Positions 48,201-59,000 of a DNA stretch of 64,000 bases are shown here, piece by piece. Numbering within the stretch: position 1 is the first letter of the stretch; every line of letters begins with the position of its first letter. Below the pieces are notes generated by a model. That model was not told where the DNA came from, did not search any database, and was given only the letters and a program-made list of their open reading frames with translations. The stretch is from Diadema antillarum (lineage: Eukaryota), in the NCBI RefSeq assembly GCF_040938485.1, contig NW_027271077.1:1116001-1180000 (forward strand), read 5' to 3'. A program made the position numbers and the translations under genes.

Positions 48201-51200
48201 AGATGTAGAGACATTTGATGAAAGCATTATGCCTTTATTCCCCCCAGATTATGGGTGACAATGACATGGCTATTGAAGCACTGAAGGAGGTACTGGAGCA
48301 GAAACAGGTATGGTGACAAGAGAACAACCTTGTTTTCATTTTTACTTGCAATTTGAGATTTCATCAGAAAAAAAAAAATGATTGACACATTTTTGTGGGG
48401 GGAGGGGAGATAAGATTAAGTGTAGGTTAAGTGTTGATACTTGATTCAATATCTTTTTCTAAACATAACTGAGTTCTATAAAAGGTCTTTCACATTCTTG
48501 ATTCATCAATAGATACTTGACATTATATGTGCAGACTTCGCATTTTAAGGAAAAATGTTTGAAGTGTTGCTGCGCTGCAATGTTTTGAAAATCCTCATTT
48601 AAAAAAAAAAAAAATTGTTATTAACCCATTGAGGATGAGTCCTGAGTATACTTGGGCAGGGGTCTATGGGAAATGCATGTTGTAGCAAAATCACCCAGTC
48701 CTCAACGGGTTAATCATAACAGCAACAACAACAATAACAACAACAACAAAAATAAGTTGAAATGCAAGATAGAGGTGGTGATGCTTATTTCTTTTCTCCA
48801 AAAAGAAGTGAAATTTTGGAATATCTCTTGAGACATGTGTAGTGAGTGTCATTAAATCTTTTTTCCCTCTGTTCGTCTGCAGGTGAGCCCTATACTGAGG
48901 GAGCAGATCTACACACAGATGCTGGACATTGAGTACCAGCGGCAGCCCGTCAGTGAGGAGAAAATGACGGAGATCTTCGACGCCGTCCTCGCCAGCAACG
49001 TCGGGCAGGACGTCAAGATCCAGTTCGCCCAGAGGAAGGTCCAGTTCCTGCAGGACTTCGGCATGAATCCAGTCAAGTGAGTTCTCCAGCATTCCTTAAC
49101 ATGATGGAGAAAGTTTGGATATATACAGTCACCTCCATTCGCATTGATAAACTTCTGCCTTTTGTATTGTTGCAACAAGACACAGCAGCCCTGAGATTTG
49201 TATTTGTTTCTTTCATTACTGATGCAAGTCCCCATCAGTCAGTGATTTGCTTCAAGGACTAATCTGTACTTACAAAGAATAAAATCTTAAGGCACACATT
49301 AGAGAACACATTTATTCTATTTACCTGAGTGCTCAGAACAACTAGTATGATTTTCCAAAATGGCTGATTTTTATTACTCCATATTTCCTGTATAACACGT
49401 ATAAAGGTACAAGTTCTACGCCGTGTGAACCCACCTGGCTGTGAACTCTAAAACAAGGAATGTTCACGTGCATTTTAATTTTGCAAGATTTGCGATATTA
49501 AAGTGCACGCAAAAGTTGTTGTCTTCAATATATGTCTTGAATCCCAATTATAATTTGAAAAAAAAAAAATATGCCGTGAAAATATCTTGCTTTACAATAT
49601 ACCACTGTTTAGATTAAAGCAGAAGATGCTTTCTTTTGAAATGAAGATGAGAGTGACCATGGCGATCTTGTCTCTTTCAGGACTCATGATGCGGTTGAAG
49701 AGCATCAGAAGTTGGTCAAGAGTCTGACGTCTGGAAAGAAGCGATCTGCAGAAGCAAGGTATGTCGTCTCCATGGTAACTCCTCCCTTCAGAGTGACTTG
49801 GTTGGCACTCAATGTGTAAAGCTGTTTCTACTGTCATCACACCCAGGTCGCAGTCCTGCTATCTAGTGTGTAGCAATGTCCCCAGCTAAGTGAGGTGTCT
49901 TTTCATCCCTGGGGACTGGCAAAATAGTCGTAGTATAGTAACAGTCAACCTTGCTTAGGTCGACCTCACATAAGTTGAACAATCGCCTAAGTGGGAGGTG
50001 TTTTCAAGTCCTCTTCTCGTTCGTTTTCATGTAATTTAATCAAATAGAATTTAGTAAGTTCTCTCAGGACAGTCATAAAGAAACACACTAATGCACATGA
50101 TTCAGCTACTTTTCATGAACTTTTATTTCTGCTTACCAGCATAACACATTGTTAGTGATGATGCACATTTTTTTTCCCTCCTTTTTTTATTTGTGTGTGT
50201 GGTGAGCAAAGCAATCAAATCACTGCCCATCCTGACATTGTGAAACGTGTAGTTTCAGCTTGATTTAGATAAGTATCTTGCTCTGAAATGTGCCATCTGA
50301 AGATTGATGAATGATAAGGTCACATTTATGTGAAACGTAATTTCAAGTGTATATGATAAAAGTAATTATTTTACGATTTCTACAGCTGTATTCTCTTGTC
50401 CTACCCCTTAAATACTTCCATAATTGGCTGAATCAATAAATTTAGCCCCAAAGATAATCTGCTACTACATTTTGAATTGAATCCGTAGTCTTTAGATATG
50501 AGGATGAAAATACAAAGCAAAGGTCAGTCATCTGTGAAGATTTGAGAGAACACAGATATGTTCTGTTAAGGAAGGTGAATAAGTTAAATTAGCAGGTACT
50601 GTTGGTGCTCTTCTTTCGCAGCGGGGATGCTTCGTCCAGCAGCAATCAGTCCTCGTCCGGTGACTCCAAGAAGAAGAAGAGGGCTAGTAGCCCCAGTGGA
50701 CAAGGTCAAGGTCAGGGTCAGGGTTCCAACAGCCAGGGATACAATGCCACCTCCTCCAGCTACAACTACAACTATGGCTACGGGGCCCAACAAGGAAACC
50801 AGACCACACAGGGCCAGGGCCAAGGCGGGGTGAGTTATGTAATCAGCGGTAGCAAATGTTTTAGACAATCTTGCACAGAGAGTTGGATTATTTGACCATT
50901 TATAGTAGCTATTTTTTAAAGCCAGTCTTATCAAGGAGGAGTGGTTAAAAAACTTAAATGTCTGTCCAACATTTTGACGGTGAGAGGTGAGTTATGTAAT
51001 GAGGGGTGGCAAATGTGGAGAGGAAGGATGTGTTATATTCATAGTAATTAGCAACATGCTCAACATATTACTGGAAAGTAAAAGAATATGTGGCAATCTG
51101 TCCAGTGACATTAAAGGGACTGTACAGTACTGGTTGAGGTAGGGATTCATGTTTTGAACATTACTAAGTGAGATAATGAAAAGCCTCTTATGAAATATGA

Positions 51201-51988
51201 AAGAGCGTGTAATTTTAAGAAGGATTCAACATTTATTTGATGAAAATTGGTTTTCAAATGGCTGAGATATCAAAAAAAGTGCTAATAATAAAAGGCGACA
51301 TGCCACAACTTTATTAGGATCTCTTTGTTCCACCTTGTTTTTGGATATCTCAGCCATTTCAAAACCGATTTTCATCGAATAAACTTTTGATACCCCTTAG
51401 AACTGCATGCTCTTTGACATCTCATAGAGTGGTTTCTGAATATCTCGCAAAATGTTAAAAGCTAAATCTACACCTCGACCAGAACTGTACACACCCTTTA
51501 ATGCATGTGAAATAGAATTTCTATCATTCCATGATTAAAGATCTGAACAGTCCGAAATGCATTTGATCAGAAGTCTATAAAACTTGTCATATGGTATTCT
51601 ATTTCTCTGTCAGACTTTGCGCTAACACCATCAGGTGGATTGCCTGAGTACTGACAGTGCAACTGAAAAGGTACTGTATTCTGTTGAATGTTTCTCGTGA
51701 AGAAAGTATAGTGATTTCAAAGTTTAGGCCACTCTGCTACGAGAAAATAGTCCCATTTCAAACGGTACCCAGATCCCCAAAGTCAGAGGACGATCAGGGT
51801 TAGGAGTGATACCGTGCTTACCGGAGTGTTAACAAAATGCATGGCGAAAGTGAGCGAATATATTGCCGACTACTGTCTTTGTTTTTGTCAGAGAAAACAG
51901 CATCCATTTTATGTCCTCGTTTATGCAGGTCGCCAACATGCCCTACCCACAGACCTGGGGAAGCTGGGGACAGTACTTCCAGCAGTAA
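35926..51988 (+). CDS. PRPF39: Pre-mRNA-processing factor 39 (U1 snRNP HAT-repeat protein); 15 coding exons, 823 aa, complete
   Basis: Exons join in phase (2472 nt). Hallmarks: [31 protein letters not shown], [15 protein letters not shown], [10 protein letters not shown], KRWx[32 protein letters not shown]. Confidence 0.95.
36392..36768. mobile_element. hAT-like non-autonomous element with 6-bp TSD (GATTCC)
   Basis: TIR CAGAGCTACCAAGT / ACTTGGCATCCCTG; TCTCACGC subterminal repeats. Confidence 0.75.
38646..39082 (+). CDS. PRPF39: PRPF39 coding exon 2
   Basis: ORF 38669-39088; phase 1 to 0. Confidence 0.92.
39198..39257. repeat. (CA)n microsatellite
   Basis: About 30 perfect CA units. Confidence 0.95.
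39449..39751. mobile_element. hAT-like non-autonomous element with 6-bp TSD (TAAAAG)
   Basis: Perfect 13-bp TIR CAGAGACTCCAAC; TCTCCCG subterminal repeats. Confidence 0.8.
40101..40226 (+). CDS. PRPF39: PRPF39 coding exon 3
   Basis: [14 protein letters not shown]; donor GCT|GTAAGT. Confidence 0.95.
42339..42457 (+). CDS. PRPF39: PRPF39 coding exon 4
   Basis: [19 protein letters not shown]; phase 0 to 2. Confidence 0.95.
43337..43507 (+). CDS. PRPF39: PRPF39 coding exon 5
   Basis: [18 protein letters not shown]; phase 2/2. Confidence 0.95.
44122..44329 (+). CDS. PRPF39: PRPF39 coding exon 6
   Basis: ORF 44123-44362, includes PPG(D/E) repeats; phase 2 to 0. Confidence 0.88.
45336..45446 (+). 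CDS. PRPF39: PRPF39 coding exon 7
   Basis: [11 protein letters not shown]; phase 0/0. Confidence 0.93.
45865..45949 (-). mobile_element. 85-bp piggyBac-type MITE, copy 3
   Basis: TTAA|CCC..GGG|TTAA. Confidence 0.8.
46221..46385 (+). CDS. PRPF39: PRPF39 coding exon 8
   Basis: [18 protein letters not shown]. Confidence 0.95.
46919..47045 (+). CDS. PRPF39: PRPF39 coding exon 9
   Basis: [14 protein letters not shown]; phase 0 to 1. Confidence 0.93.
47382..47590 (+). CDS. PRPF39: PRPF39 coding exon 10
   Basis: [20 protein letters not shown]; phase 1 to 0. Confidence 0.93.
47760..47893. mobile_element. Harbinger-type MITE with CTG (CWG) TSD
   Basis: CTG|GGGGGCATTTCA..GAAGCATTTTG ... CAAAATGCTTCATGAAATGCCCCC|CTG. 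Confidence 0.8.
48248..48307 (+). CDS. PRPF39: PRPF39 coding exon 11
   Basis: 60 nt, canonical sites, phase 0/0. Confidence 0.85.
48625..48709 (+). mobile_element. 85-bp piggyBac-type MITE, copy 4
   Basis: TTAA|CCC..GGG|TTAA. Confidence 0.8.
48883..49076 (+). CDS. PRPF39: PRPF39 coding exon 12
   Basis: [13 protein letters not shown]; phase 0 to 2. Confidence 0.93.
49681..49758 (+). CDS. PRPF39: PRPF39 coding exon 13
   Basis: EEHQKL..KKRSAE; phase 2/2. Confidence 0.88.
50622..50829 (+). CDS. PRPF39: PRPF39 coding exon 14 (S/G/Q/Y low complexity)
   Basis: ORF 50602-50895; donor GGG|GTGAGT; phase 2 to 0. Confidence 0.85.
51115..51497. mobile_element. Full-length Kolobok-like palindromic MITE
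   Basis: TTAA|AGGG...CCT|TTAA with imperfect inverted arms of about 180 bp. Confidence 0.8.
51929..51988 (+). CDS. PRPF39: PRPF39 last coding exon ([19 protein letters not shown])
   Basis: Acceptor ttatgcag|; WxxGQY resembles the vertebrate C-terminus; TAA; long AT-rich 3'UTR follows with AATAAA near 53534 and 53576. Confidence 0.8.
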   Translation, partial: VANMPYPQTWGSWGQYFQQ

Positions 51989-53819
51989 GACACCCTTGAT
52001 TGGAACCTCCTCCCCTCCCTCTCGCTTGCCTCCATGGAGCTCAGCACCATACATTACCATCCCCCCCCCCCCCCACATTGGCTGATGGTTCCTCATCACT
52101 ATGACAACATACAAGCCAGTTTCTGCATCCGTTGTCATTTGGCTAGCCGAAAGAGTGTGAGTGGAGCGTGGAGAGTGAGATGTGGTATTCACTATTAGAT
52201 CTGATTACTTCTCACCTCGCGCATCCATGTAACTGGAACGCACACAGTTTTGATTATTTGTATTATATTTTGATGTCGATGAAGGCTTTGTATAATATGC
52301 AATGTTTTAATAATTCATGCTCTTGTTGCACCAACTTTTGAATCCAAAAAAAAAAAAAGGTGGTCTGCAGCCATTCACTGCTTATCCACCTGTATAAAGT
52401 TCATGATGATGGTATCGCAAGTTACAACCTCCAATATTTTTGTCATGTACAAAGTTTGTACATATCTAGATGCAGACACATTCATGCTGGTGTTATTGTT
52501 TTTGGTTTTCAGCTTGTTTTACACCAACCTATCCAGATGACGTATTTTACTTGTAAGAAATATTGATTGAACAGAAAGCTCACCAAATTGTTGTTATTCA
52601 TATCTGATTTATCTTGTCACCCTGTAAGGACAGGTTTTTATTTTGGGCTCAAAATTGACCAGCTATTTGTCTTTATGTCGTGATAAGTCGATAATTCAGA
52701 TGAATTCGCCATAACGCTTGTATAGGACTATTCTCATTTGACAGGTAAACTACTTATGCAGAACTTAAATGAATCCTCAAGACAACTGTTTAGATTGCAA
52801 GTATCACACTTCTTGCTGTTGTACTGGGTTTAGTTTATGTTGACTTCATTGTGAGGTAAAAGCTTTGAAAAGTGCGTCAGTGCAGTTATCTTTGACCCAT
52901 TAGCAATTTTTCCTGTGTCCAGCAAAAACTTACTTTGATGATTTGGTTATCAAGTTTCCAAATTGTATCAGATAAATGTATGGGAGATGGATAAATTGTG
53001 CAGCCTTTCTCTGTACATAGCATTACATTTGAAACTGCAAGGATTTTGTTATTATTTTTTAGATTCTTTCTTGCAGCATATGGAAATGACACACCAAGCT
53101 ACGGCTACATTTTGATCAGTTATGTTTTCCTGTATAGCTGTCAAGATGTTAGTACAACCTTACGAGACAAACTTCTTTGTATTGTTGTGGCAAATAGAAT
53201 CTATCAAAGCATGTCAGGTGTCGGGTCTTTCTGTTTATTTTTGTTTTGTACGAAGTTCCAGGTGGTGCGATGAAACATGAGAAATAATTTTTGGCCATGC
53301 ATTGTTTCAGTGATGTACTGCAGATGCTTTTTGCATCACTTTTAAAAGGATTCATATGTACAGATGACTAATGCACTTGCATTAACAAGATAACATTGCA
53401 ACTGATTTGTCTTGAATTACGTATGTCATATAAAATGATAACTTTTATGAGACAAACATTCTGTACGTGTTTGTTCCACACACATTATTCATGCATGGAT
53501 ATGTATATAGAGCTTAATAATGAGGAGCTGTTCAATAAATTTCTTCACCAGTGTTATGTCCCACATCATGATTGGAATAAATGTTTTGCAACAAAATGAG
53601 ATCGTGTGCCTAGTGTCTCATCTTTGAGCATAGTATTTTTTCTTAAAGGGAAGGTGTACTAGAACTGCAGCTACATTTCTGTGTGAAACCCTGTCCGATT
53701 CAGACGTATCTGACGTTTGCATACATTGGTCTGTGTAAGTAGTAGAATGTGTGTTTTGTGTGTTGACCAAAAATACAGTGTTCATAGTGTTTGGATAAAT
53801 GATGACTAGATTTTTGCTC

Positions 53820-53974
53820 NNNNNNNNNNNNNNNNNNNNNNNNNNNNNNNNNNNNNNNNNNNNNNNNNNNNNNNNNNNNNNNNNNNNNNNNNNNNNNNNN
53901 NNNNNNNNNNNNNNNNNNNNNNNNNNNNNNNNNNNNNNNNNNNNNNNNNNNNNNNNNNNNNNNNNNNNNNNNNN
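53820..53974. other. Assembly gap (155 N)
   Basis: Run of n. Confidence 1.
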
Positions 53975-55054
53975 AGGAGCAAAGGTTGACTTTGTATCTG
54001 CATATCTTTAGTGTTTGGATTATCATGAGACGATTTTCGATAGAATGTTGGTGGGTAGTATGCTGTAACAATTAGAGGAGATAATTGTGGTTCTCTTGTC
54101 TGAGATCAAGGTTCAAAGGTCAAGCTAAACTTCCAAGTTTAATGTTGAGATAAATTTAGCATCGTACAAAGAAAAAAAACATAATTACAATGTATGACAC
54201 AGGGTTATATTTTAATGCTTGTGGACTAGCTTGTCGCAAATTGCATTCACCTTCGTGAAATGTGTAGAGTTGTATGCCAATAAACTGCACATCAGTCTAC
54301 ATCATATTTGCAATTACAGTACGGTTGTATATGTTTAATTTTATTTCGTTTATTTCCATATCCAAATACTATAGAATTATAGCAAAGTAGCATTAACAAT
54401 TTGTACAAGGTGAAATATGAAGCAAATGCAAATAAATTGTACAAACAATTGTAGTACAGTGTGTAACAAAAGTATAATACATGTACATACAGTGTATACA
54501 GCATACATGATTATAGCGCCATGTGCGCGATTTTGTCTTCTTTCTTTTTTTTCTTTTTCTTTTTTTTTTGAGGGGGCGGACATTGGTGGTGATTATTGTT
54601 TTTGTTTTTTTCTTGAGCGTTTGCGTGTTTGGTAATGATTGTGCGATGCAAAAGCTGATTTGACGTACATTGTACATGTATATGCGGGATGCTAACGGGA
54701 CGCGACAAATAAGACATCGATATAAACATGTAGTACATTGTGGTATGATATGATATGACAGTCTTCACGTCATAATCACTGATCTCAATTGTAGCATGAG
54801 ACAGTTTTGCTGGTATGTATCACATGTCCTCTGGTGCGTTCCAAGGCTTACTGTAATTCAGTCTCCACCCGACAGCCTAGCCTCTTTCAGAGACACTTAC
54901 GTTGTTATTTCAGCATAGACCACCATGTGCGAACAGAGCCAAAGCGAGAGTGAAAACCTGTAATTATAGCAGAAGTCTGTCTCGCATAAGTCGACATCAT
55001 GTTAGTCGAAAATCGCCAAAATCGACACAAGTATCATACAAAGTCCCTAATTTG

Positions 55055-56027
55055 TTTTTGTGCCTCCGCCACGAAGTGGTGCCGGAGGCATTATGTTTTC
55101 GGGTTGTCCTTCCGTCCTTCCGTCCGTCCTTCCGTCCGTCCTTCCGTCCGTCCTTCCGTCCGTCCTTCCGTCCGTCCGTCCTTCCGTCCGTCCGTCCTTC
55201 CATCCGTCCGTAAGGATATTTGTGGACAGCGTAACTAAAAAACCTTTTGAGGTCTCCTAATGAAGGTCAAAAGGTCAAGTAAAATTGTTAAAATTTCACT
55301 TTTTTCCGTATCTTGGAAATTGTTCAAAGTATATTCATGGAATATATTATATATGCATGTACTGACTGGCAGTGGTTATCTAGTGAATTTGGGGTTCATG
55401 GGGTCAAAGGTCAGGGGTCAAGGGCAATACTTCAAAATTTTACTATTTCTCTTTTGTATGCAATGCCAGCAGGATTTTTTTTTTTATGTGGTATAATCAT
55501 GCATGTATAACCCAATAGAGATTCTCTGGGATTTTTTTTTTTTTTTGCCAAGAAGTTCAAAGGTCAAAAAGTCAAAGATCAAGTGAAAGTGCTGAACGTA
55601 CTTCTTTCTCCATATCTCGGAAGTGGCTCAAGTTATCTTGAAACTTATATATGTATGTTTTGCCTGACAGTGATTCTCTTATAAATCTTAGGGTCAAAGG
55701 CCAGATGAAAATGATAACAATTTACTGTTCAATACAGAAATTGCACTTTTTTCTCCATGCCTTGAAATTACTCAATGCATAAACTTATGAAAGGGTCAAA
55801 GTCAAGTTAAAGTTCTTAAATCCCCAAATACATGCTCCCCTGTTCATCCAATTAAACATAGGTCAAGAAAGGTGAACATTCAACACAATTGTGGCAAACA
55901 TAACATTTTAATAATTTTGCCAATTTTGTGAAAATGTAATCACACATTGTCCACATGAACTATAGACCTATTAGGAGAATCATGCATTATGGCGGAGGCA
56001 TACCAGTCGCCATAGCGACATTTCTAG
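55055..56027 (+). mobile_element. Helentron-associated interspersed element (HINE; DINE-1/pearl-like); reverse fragment near 18290-18400
   Basis: 5' subTIR TGCCTCCGCC with adjacent IR GGAGGCA; (TCCG/TCCT)n microsatellite 55110-55210; 3' subTIR GGCGGAGGCA; terminal hairpin GTCGC-cata-GCGAC; ends CTAG in a T run. Confidence 0.8.
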
Positions 56028-59000
56028 TTTTTTTTTTTTCTTTAACGTTTGATGTCCCGTAAATCGATATTCGCACTAGTCCACAGAACTTCACCAGTTC
56101 CATGGGTGTTGACTTTAAGTTTTTAACGCTAGGCGTGAGGAAATTGAAAAAAAGAATTCAGACTGGTAGGACTAAATATATTGCTATAAATATAAAGGGA
56201 CAGAGAATGACAAACAACATATGATACGGTAGAAAGACAAGAAAATCGAGGTAAATGCTCACAAAATTTTATAACACTTTATTGAAATTGTCATCGGTGA
56301 AATGCAACATGCTAAAATCATTTACGCGAAATTGCACATACATTTATCAGTGTTAGCTTTTATTCTCACAAGAAAAAAACAACAACAAAACAAGCAATTG
56401 CGTTTTATGTGAGGTTGAGTGTAGAATATCTGCCTTTTCACAAATCGATTTATCGTGCAATTTTTTTTTTCATATTTGCCTTGCATTTTCTTTATTCAAT
56501 AATCATTTTGATATAGTTGGATTACGGTAAGGAGCCTTACTTGTTCGTTCCGCTTTCCTTAAGTTTCCTCTGAACGTAAATTGTTTTTTTTATTATTATT
56601 ATTCATGATTTTATTGATTTTAAACGGCACAACGGTATACAGATGTAGCGTACATAATTGTATAACAAGAAGAGGGAAAACCCCGAAATTCTTCCATACG
56701 TAAGTTATCTCCAATTAAAGGAACGCTGTAATGTAAATGTATGTTGACTTGTTGATTCATGATACCCCAACATCACTTTTATTATACACGACCAACTGAA
56801 TATCTAAATACACTGTCCGTGCGATATATATTCTATAACTTTCCTCTACAGCATTTTTGTACAGATCGCCAAGAAAAAAAAAGTCCTTCAGACGACGATT
56901 CTGAGATCATTTTGTCAATCATTGCTACTTTAATAGTATGAATAACCAAAAAAAAAAAAAGAAAAAATGCAGTGCAATTTTCCCTAGACTGAGGACAACT
57001 TCTGTTTCCGCGATACTACTTCACGTATGGACCTACAATGTACCATGATCACAACAACAACAACAACAACAACAACAAAACAGTGCGTTGGTTTATTTTT
57101 TTGTTTAATTTGTCGGGGGCACATCGAAGTTATCTGGAAAAAGGAAAGTCATGAAATCTTCTTGAACGATTATTATAGAAATTGACTGTGATTGTCTCTG
57201 AAAAAAAAATGATATTACGCCCGTAATTTTGATAATGCCCGAACAAAATTTTAAAGCGCTATTTTGGATTTTGTGGTATTTTCATTCAAAGATTTGTGAA
57301 GTTGAAAAGACAGGCAAGGCATGTTAGGAACAAGCATGACCGATAAAGTTTCAGCCTTTAAAAACGCACTTGACGAGTCAATGATACATTTTTCACATTG
57401 CTGTAGCTGCAGAAAATCTGTCTCTATGGATTTCGCATTGAGAAACTTGCAAGAAACTTCTCTCGATTTTCGTGCTGCATTCACAAGTTCCATGGAAATT
57501 AATCTGTAATATCATACCACCGTGATCATGTTAACATGTTTGTCACGGTAAGGAGTAAAGATTGATTATTAAATGCAAATTGTGCACAATATATGCAGAG
57601 ACTGGCTAGAATGGGTCTTATTTAGAAACCCTTTTAATGCCAGTGGCATTGTCGTAAATTAGTTTGTTTTTGTTTTTCGTGGAAAAGGTAGCTTTTAATT
57701 GTGACAAGAAACTTTAAGTCGATGTCTCTGTGTCATAGTCATACAGTGGACTCCTGTTATAACAAAGTTCTTGGGACCAGCAGTTTCTTTCGTCATATCG
57801 GAAATTCTTCATAGCCGAACAGTTGGATAAAGTATACACATGATAATTTTGAGACCTGAATTTTATCTCGTTGTAACGAGAATTTCGTTATATTGTAACC
57901 GTGTTCGCTGTAAAGGGAGTACACTGTATAAGCAGCCGAATTGGTTTTCCTGTTTCTCTACATCATGATGTATGACATGAAGGTTTGAGGGACATTCATG
58001 ACTTCTTGTGTTAAGATGTGATTAAAAAAAATCAACAGAAGAAGGCGAAATGATGAATGGAGATAAAGGAGATATAAGATGTTATGGCTTGAAGGGGAAC
58101 CCCCCCCCCCCAAAAAAAAAAAGAAATGATAATCCCTTTCTTGTGACAAGTGGTATATCTTCCCTTCCATATTAAAGAGGAGTTCATTCCAGACAGTGCT
58201 GCAACCGCCATTCTTGAACTCTGAATAAAAAACAAAGTAGTTTCAATAACGAAGGTTTTCATTTGTGTGGTGTCATACTGAGCTACGGTTTTTTTTTTGT
58301 GTGTGTGTTTTTTTCGTTGTAAAGTCTTGTCTAACTTAGAATTTACAAGTATACTTGGCCCAGTAGTTTTGATTCGTTTAGGTACTAAATTAGGTCTAAC
58401 TTACTCATGAAGACCAGCTCCAGAACCAACCTCAAAAGTATTTGAAATCAAACTTGATCGCAGCTATCACAACGACTGAAATGCCCATACTTTACTGATG
58501 CCTAGTTTTGTTGCCGTGGTTACTGCGAGTACTACGGGTATCGTTGTTTAAGTGGAGTGTTGTGAAACAGGCCCATATGGTGGGCTCTTGTGAAAATTAC
58601 TTTGACGGTATGAGAGTGACGCTATCTTTTAGAGAACAGGGAATTATAATGGCTGTCTTCTTCGGAGGAGACCTACTGGATTTACGGAGAAAATCATACA
58701 TCAGGCGTTATAAGGACAACGAATCTTGCACAGTTGCTCACTGGGCCCAGTAGATTCGATCGTTGGGGGGGGGGGGGGGAATGAAGACAATACATGAGCG
58801 TAGACATGAAACAATAAAATGTTGTAAATCACGATGTTTTCGTCTGTCACATTTTCCCCGCAAATATTTACGACTTTTAAAACATCACAGAATGATTTAA
58901 TGCAGGCAGCATGTGGGCAGCAAACGTGTACACGAACAGGAGCCTTACTTCCCGAGGAAGGCTAATCACTCTATATTGTGAGTAGGTCCTGTAGGATCTT

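Noticed and set aside
53820-53974. ORFs spanning the X-rich region
   Set aside because: Artefacts of the N gap; the gap also blocks assignment of the distal PRPF39 polyA site.
55110-55210. Periodic repeats as CRISPR or a coding repeat
   Set aside because: Simple (TCCG/TCCT)n microsatellite of the HINE; eukaryotic context with no spacers.
57251-58753. Short intergenic ORFs (57251-57493, 58508-58753 and others)
   Set aside because: No recognisable motifs, no coding bias and no splice-linked partners.
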